A stretch of 64,000 bases of DNA from Lingula anatina. Its lineage: Eukaryota > Animalia > Brachiopoda. The stretch's first letter is position 1, and the number at the start of each line of letters is the position of its first letter. Under the pieces are notes generated by a model. That model did not search any database. It saw only the letters and a program-made list of their open reading frames with translations, and was not told the DNA's origin. Below are positions 57,469 through 64,000 of the stretch, piece after piece. Made by a program: the position numbers and the translations under genes. The stretch is taken from positions 5,762,587 to 5,826,586 of the forward strand of contig CM120648.1 of NCBI GenBank assembly GCA_051362555.1, written 5' to 3'.

Positions 57469-60400
57469 TCAGGCCCTTAGACTGTATAGTATTCTGTTCT
57501 GCACCTTGCAGTTAGACTGGTTATAATCTATAATTATGCTATCTATAATTATATGCTAATTCTAAACATAAGTAGGCCTTTTTACTCCCTTAGCTGACAT
57601 GACTTAAAAATGGCATAGACCTTACTTAGATCAAATTTTGATTCAGAATGGACACTTTCCAACCAAAAGGACAGTACTTCCAACTCCCCCTGCCTATGAG
57701 CCTGGTAAACAATATGCATGCTTTCTGTCAGTGAATTTATACCTGTGTTTGGTCCTGGGGTCAAGAAATCAAAACATGCTGCTTCCTTTTTCTTTATCCA
57801 AAGTCTGTCCCCTTCTAAAGATCTCGTCATAACATTAAAATCCCATAGTTAACATAAAATGTCTCTCTCCAAATGGTAACTGGTCACCACCAGACTCCCG
57901 CCGCAGGGCATGTATCACCGTGATAGGGAGTGATGAGGCTGCTGTGGTCATGGTGGTGGTAATTTGATAAATTCCCCATCACCTGTTTGTACAAGCTTGA
58001 CCCACATGTTCTCTTCACCTTGAAATTGATCAGCGTGGATGTGGACGACCCACATTTGTGTATACCTGCTATCTTCACTTCCCTGACAACCCAGCATTTC
58101 GGGTGTTACAGACTTAAAAGGTTGCTTAAATGAACAGAAACTAGACTAGAGAATGTGCATGTTATGGTAACCATGTTTAATGACGACTACTGAGATTTAC
58201 TTTCATTAACTAAAACTAAGACAGAGACATGGCAGGTCATTCAGGGGGTGGGGAACACACCTTTTTTATCAGAAAAGCTCCACTCTTCATCAGAATTTGA
58301 ACTTACTTGGTTCTTTGTCATTTCTCAAGTTGGGTCAACTAATGGTCCACTTTTCAGAAAAAGACCCCCCCTCCCTTCTAAAATTGCTGACTACACTATG
58401 CCATTCAGATATGTGACCAAGATCATTGAGATCGCAACATCTCCTAAGGCATAATATTCCCTTCATACATTGCTGCACATTTTTACTAGTGATATTTATT
58501 CTAGAACAGCATCATGTGGTCAGGAAAGTCCAGGGAACTCCCAAATTACATGACAACAATAGCAGGGTTCTTTACTTAACATATATTTCTCCTGATTTAT
58601 GCAAGGTAGTCTCAATATAATAACACACATCCACACCTCCCAATGTCACACTTACAAGTAGTTTGTGTTCAATATTTACCTGTTCTGAAGATTGGGCCAT
58701 AAATTCCAATGACTACCTATATGGAAGTCCACAATCAATATAAAATATTCCAACTGCAAAAGTCTATCCTACCTGTCCTGTGTGGCTATTTGGTCAGTAT
58801 TACACAGTAAAGCACTGGTCAGTATAATGGAGTGACCGTCCCAGGGGTCAAGTACAGCTTATGTACACAATGTCCTCAATATACCATGAATGACTGAATA
58901 TATAGTGCATCGCCTCACCGTATACAAATCATTTATACCACCAACTATATATCATAGTGTATAACTTGACGTCCAAGTACAATAAACTAGAGTGGGCAAA
59001 GCAGGTGCCCCATGAGTCAAATCACTGACTAGAACTTAACTGACCACTATACACAATCAAAGATCATACACTGTCCAAACAATGACCTAGCTGAGTCTCT
59101 TTAATCCCATGACATAAGCTGGCTGGTTGCGTTCCCTTTCATCTGTGGGATTTAAGCTGGATGACTATGACATTTAGAGTGACATGTCCCTTCTTTGTCC
59201 CCTGTGTCACAGCGGTCACTTCACAGTCAGTGGCTGGTTTGCTGGGATATGATGACCATATTTCACATGATGGTTCTCTTTTGGGGAACAGTAAGTCAGA
59301 ATCACTTAATTCCTGACAACACATTCACAAAGTGACCTCACCATGATAACGAATTCCTTAACTTTGTACAAGAGTTTTAAAGTTTTTATTTATAAGTTGT
59401 GACAATTCTTCTCTAATTTGTCACAAACACTGTACACATCCACTTTCCCTGATAATGAGTTTCTGACCCCTGCTTTGGCTGCAGGCAAGAAGTCTTGACC
59501 ACTGTCCACCTGGTAACTACAGAGTGTCCACTGGTCCTAGTGATAACATTTCTTTACGTTATGAACTCAGCAGGATAAGGAAACTAAGGTCTGATACTAA
59601 CCCAAGCGCTTTGTGTGTTATTTCCAAAGCCAGTCGTGTATTCCATAGAGCAGTGCTGTGATTCAAGGCCCCAGAGTGACCTAACTGATCTGAACCTTCA
59701 TTTGATAGGCTGATATCCATTGGAAACAGAAATGTCATTAAACCAAGCCCTGCTCACTTATTACCCTACTTCTACTATCACAAAAATAAATCACTGACAG
59801 CTTTTTTCCCCTGTAATCACACTAACCTACCTTCAGGAAAGGTCATTCCCTAAATTAGAAAAGTATAGTTAAATAAATGTCTTCAATGTGTCTCTCCCTC
59901 ATATATTAGGAAGCTTTTATACCTAAAGTACACCTTTAGTTTAACTAAATTCAGATGGTAATTAAAAGAGACTGTGCATACATGCTGTTTTCTGCCCACT
60001 TACTCTGTTAACCTACTTCTGTAAGTCAGGTACGAGTACTTCAAATGTCATCAGCATGGCCTAATGGGGTTTGGTCCTCATCAAACTGCTTAACGCCATA
60101 GATCTTTGGACCAATTACTCAAAATATATCCATTACACTGCCATTTTCCTTCCATTACCATTCATTGTCAAAGTAAACTGTACGATAATATTTAGCCTTG
60201 CAATTACCTGTTATGTAACTCTCCAAGGGAATGAGCACCAAGATTGACCATATCTAATACACTAGAGATTTAGGAGCTAATAAGCATATATTTGTGTTCC
60301 TGATGGCTTATACTGTTAACATTCCATAATCTTATCACAATAATCATAGCACAGCAAGTGCTTGTACAAGTCAACAAAATGGGTTCTGAAATGGCGTTCT

Positions 60401-61499
60401 ACATCAAACCCGACCATCCTAATCACCTTGGAGGTGTAAGTTTCACACTAGTTTGTTTTAATTCATAATCATTTAATCACTCAGTGGCATAGCTGTCAAT
60501 CATGTATTTAATCATGGGATGAGCTTCTTATCTTGTCTCCTAATGTGTTAATGAGCTATCAATTAAATAATGCCAATGCCATGCCAGGATTTGTCAACAC
60601 AAGTGGATCATTTTTTAGTAAAACTGTCCATTCTGATTTCTATCTAGCTATTGTATCTGTAAAGGACTATTTTTAAAATTAACTTGTCTATTTTAGTTTT
60701 CTATTTTAAAGAAGTAAATTGGTAAAAAAAAATAGACTCAGTTGATGCCAACCCCTGAAAAATGTCATTGATTCTATTATTATTGTTGTATTCCACACTG
60801 TTCTATCTTAGTAACCTTTAAATAGTTACCTTCAAGTAAGTTAAATGGAAATGTATTTTGTATAATTTGCAATGCATCAATTATATTATGTTACCAATTA
60901 CTAAGTCATAAAAATCCGGCACTAGAAAAGGAATAAAGAGAAATTGAAATATTGAAAATTTAACGTCTTCAGCATTGACCCCCATATTAAAGTATCTATA
61001 AGAGGTCCCACTTGTATCAGTGCCTTGTAAAACCTATGTACATTGTTAGGTCACAGCATGTGTAAATATTGGGTCAGTACCAACAAAGATTATCAATTTA
61101 CTACATATCTTATGAGAAGAATGCAAACTCTATGATAAGAGATTACGGTAATGTGCCATGAATTTCGAACAGTAAAAAATAATTAAATTTGGGAAAAGAT
61201 CGTTCTGGCCGAAATTCATGAAAAGGAGGTGCTCAGAACTCCTGAAAGTTCGAATTTCATGGAATTCTGTCAATTTTGACCGGAAGTTGTCTGTTCGTCG
61301 CTAGGCCTTCTGTTATCTTCTCCCGACGATCTATTTAAAGTTATCATAATGTATGATGTGTGAGTGTCGGTAATTGCGACCAAAGGTATACACGTACTTT
61401 CACCCGATCACTGTGTATGGCCCATAGATAGAGCGGTACTCTTGTCTAGGGCCGCAAAACAGCATCGTTATCAGTAGTGTCGTTTTTCAAAAGCAATTC

Positions 61500-62150
61500 T
61501 GGCAGCCAGAAACTAGTGTCGTTTTTCAAAAACGATCCTGGCGCTCAGAATGGGAGTGGACGGAGGGAGAGACGGCCGACGATTAGCGTCTGTCACGGCC
61601 AGATAACCTTTACTATGGAAGCTTAGTGTTACCGTTGCTCCTTTCCGTGCACTGAAACCGAGACGACAGCCGATCAGTGTCTATGGCGCACGTGCAGGTA
61701 GCCTTCATCTGCGATAAGTGTCTTCCGCGACCAGGTTCGTTGCCTTTACCGTTAAAGTCGGGCGGAGCTTTACGCGCGAATGCGTCCTCATCTCGCCGTT
61801 CGCGGTGTCTCCGACGCATACGTAGCCTTCCCTGCAGAAGCCGGCCTCGGCACTACGGCCTCTCCTCCGTGCAGGGAGGCCACTACGACCGCAGATCGGT
61901 ATGTGCGGCGCACAGGTAGCCTTCGCCACGGCAGCCGAACTGTGTATTACGGTCTCTCTCCGTCGTGCGCTGCGACCAAGATGACCGCTGATTGTTGTCT
62001 GCGATCAAATATACTATGTTTGGGGGGGTGGGGGGGGGGTGCAGGGCCGTTTTTTTTTTCCGCTCAGGCAACCCAATCTTAACCAGCAGCAGCAACTGAT
62101 TTCCTGGCGCACAGTTGCGTAAATGTACGCATTTGAAAAGCGTGTACGTT
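61500..62150 (-). promoter_or_regulatory. CpG-rich segment, candidate promoter and first non-coding exon of the RhoGEF
   Basis: Sharp rise in GC and CpG content after a CpG-poor gene body; possible donor AAG|gttatc at 61608/61607. Confidence 0.45.
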
Positions 62151-62219
62151 TTGTCATCTTCAAACAAACGCAAGAGATAGGTAATCTAGAGTAAACCGAA
62201 AAGGCAGTTTTTATAATCG

Positions 62220-63945
62220 TTCAAGGGACTGGAAGATCATCAATGGGAGATAGTGAGCGATCTGAGCGCGATAATAAGCCAATTTCCACACTAGTTCAAG
62301 GGACTTCGTTACTATATTCGTCAGCAAGAGATCGTCAGCGATCCGAGCAAGCATAGAAGCTTGGACTTTTTGTCCATGCTAGAAGGCAATTTTCATGTAG
62401 TCAGCAGGATATGGTTTGCTGGTTTGCGACAGGGGTGTAACCAGGCATACGCATGGATACACTGTGCGTATATAATTTTTTGGCCAACCATGATATTATT
62501 CTCTATAAATCTAGTGTACTTTTCAAGGAATATTATCGAAAATCCCCGTCGATTATAAGTTAATGTCACCTGAATGTACAAATTCTCTGTATAATTTATA
62601 TATGCACCATTGTTCTGACACCCTTCTCGTTAGCTTTCACAGAACTGAGGTAAACAATACTAGTTACCATCTGAAGTCCGATCTTAATCGTCCATCTAGC
62701 TGGAACTTGCTTTACCTCTTAATTAGAGGGTAAAGTGCCCTTCAGCTCACAGGTAGCTTTTGTCTTGAGTGTATCGAACGCGATATTTATCTCAGATAAA
62801 AATCTACCCGTGTATTATTTCAAAGAGCTGCTCCAGCAGACCTGGGGGCACTAGATAAATCTGATCATCGGGATAAACAAGGAGCCAGAGAAACAAAGGA
62901 AGATTGATTTTTCCTGCAAAGTTTCAAAGAATTTTGACACGGACTTGATCCAGCTTAACCCTCCAAACTAACAGGGTGGCATGGGCAATTTTTACAAAAT
63001 TTACAAACAATTATACTTACATATATTACAATTTTATCCTTTAATATAATTTTGGGAGGCATGCACCCGCATGTAAGCTGGGTGATGTCAGTAAGCCCCT
63101 AGTTAAATAAATATACCCTTATGAGCAAGGCTTTTCCCAGCGAACCGTCCAGCCGTCATTTGGACGGCCGCTGACATCACCGGACAGCCTATATTTTCAA
63201 AGACGGCTAGACGGCTTGCGACTTTTCTTTTAATGACGTCTTGGCTTGTCGGGACAGCCGTGGACGTTGTAAGAAATTTTCTTAGAGTAATTTGACGTAC
63301 CTAGCTTTTATGATGCACACAGATGAATGGTACTACTTTGTAGTGTACGCTGATATTCAGTCACGACGAAACTACTTCCTAAAGCTTACAAAACACAATA
63401 AAATGTTTCTATGAACCTTAAGATACACATTCCACGCCGTATCCACGCGATATTATGCAGCAGTGACAAGAGTGACCTTCATGCGGTACAAAACACTAAG
63501 AAAACTACAGGCCAATTTGTGAAAGGGGACACCTTCCGGACCTTCATACGCACGGCAACTGACAAAGCTGATTGACAAAAAGGAAAATTTCAAATTTTCA
63601 GCGAGAGATCGTTCGCAATCCGAGAGAGACCAGGAGGCAATTTTCATATTTGTTAAAGAGACTTCGTAAGCCAAAGGGCGAGACGAGAACGCAATTTTCG
63701 TATCATCAGCGTCGCAATCCGAGTGAAACGAGAAAGCTCATACTCGTTCAGTGGCTTTCGTTTGCGGCAGATCGTCAGCCGGAGATCGTTCTCGATTGTT
63801 TTTAACCCTCCATCCCTCCCCATCGGAATTTATAATTTTTAAAAATATTTTTCATTTCATTTGTACATTTCAAGGGACCTCATTAGCGGAAGATCGTCAG
63901 CGGGAGATTGTGAACGATCTGAGCGAGACAAGAAAGCAATAATGG
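62220..63945. repeat. degenerate repeat with gagatcgtcagcgatc-like subunits in two blocks (62220-62350, 63590-63945)
   Basis: ttcaagggac...gaagatcRtca..gggagat.gtgaRcgatctgagcg is present at about 62220 and 63870. Confidence 0.55.
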
Positions 63946-64000
63946 TAATCTTTATTGCAGCTCTTAATATTGCTCTTTTGTTCTGTTACTGAAGTCTCTA

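Noticed and set aside
57884-58078. MGNLSNYHHH... as a myristoylated first exon of the RhoGEF
   Set aside because: The available donors are weak and in phase 2, incompatible with the phase-1 acceptor at 52051.
61613-62173. Overlapping Arg-rich ORFs as a protein-coding gene
   Set aside because: Expected in GC-rich DNA and without a recognisable domain; better explained as promoter or 5' UTR.

Overview
Intron-rich, AT-rich eukaryotic genomic DNA from an invertebrate animal; a marine lophotrochozoan or deuterostome is a guess from the repeat and motif content. The first half (1-31.3 kb) is a tandem cluster of five SLC16/monocarboxylate-transporter-family paralogs oriented + - + - -. One is cut by the window edge. 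The other four are complete and intact (about 470-520 aa), share six coding exons with internal sizes 96/144/744-750/51 nt, and have only phase-1 introns. The second half (about 37.3-62 kb, minus strand) holds a PLEKHG5/Syx-like DH-PH RhoGEF, reconstructed by hand from GT-AG exons. Introns and intergenic DNA carry many non-autonomous DNA transposons (PIF/Harbinger-type and hAT-type MITEs, Helentron/HINE-like elements, some nested), minisatellites and microsatellites. Most notable: (i) a terminal splice switch giving ...EAS-stop or ...EASEV-stop (PDZ ligand off or on), as in vertebrate Syx2/Syx1; (ii) a candidate 3-nt microexon with neural-type UGC architecture; (iii) tandem 'echo' copies of real splice acceptors, most leading straight into stop codons; (iv) transporters whose MCT1 catalytic K38/D309/R313 positions read Y/S/K. 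No CRISPR array, rRNA or confident tRNA was found, and most short ORFs in the track are spurious. All coordinates were read by eye and may be off by a few bases.
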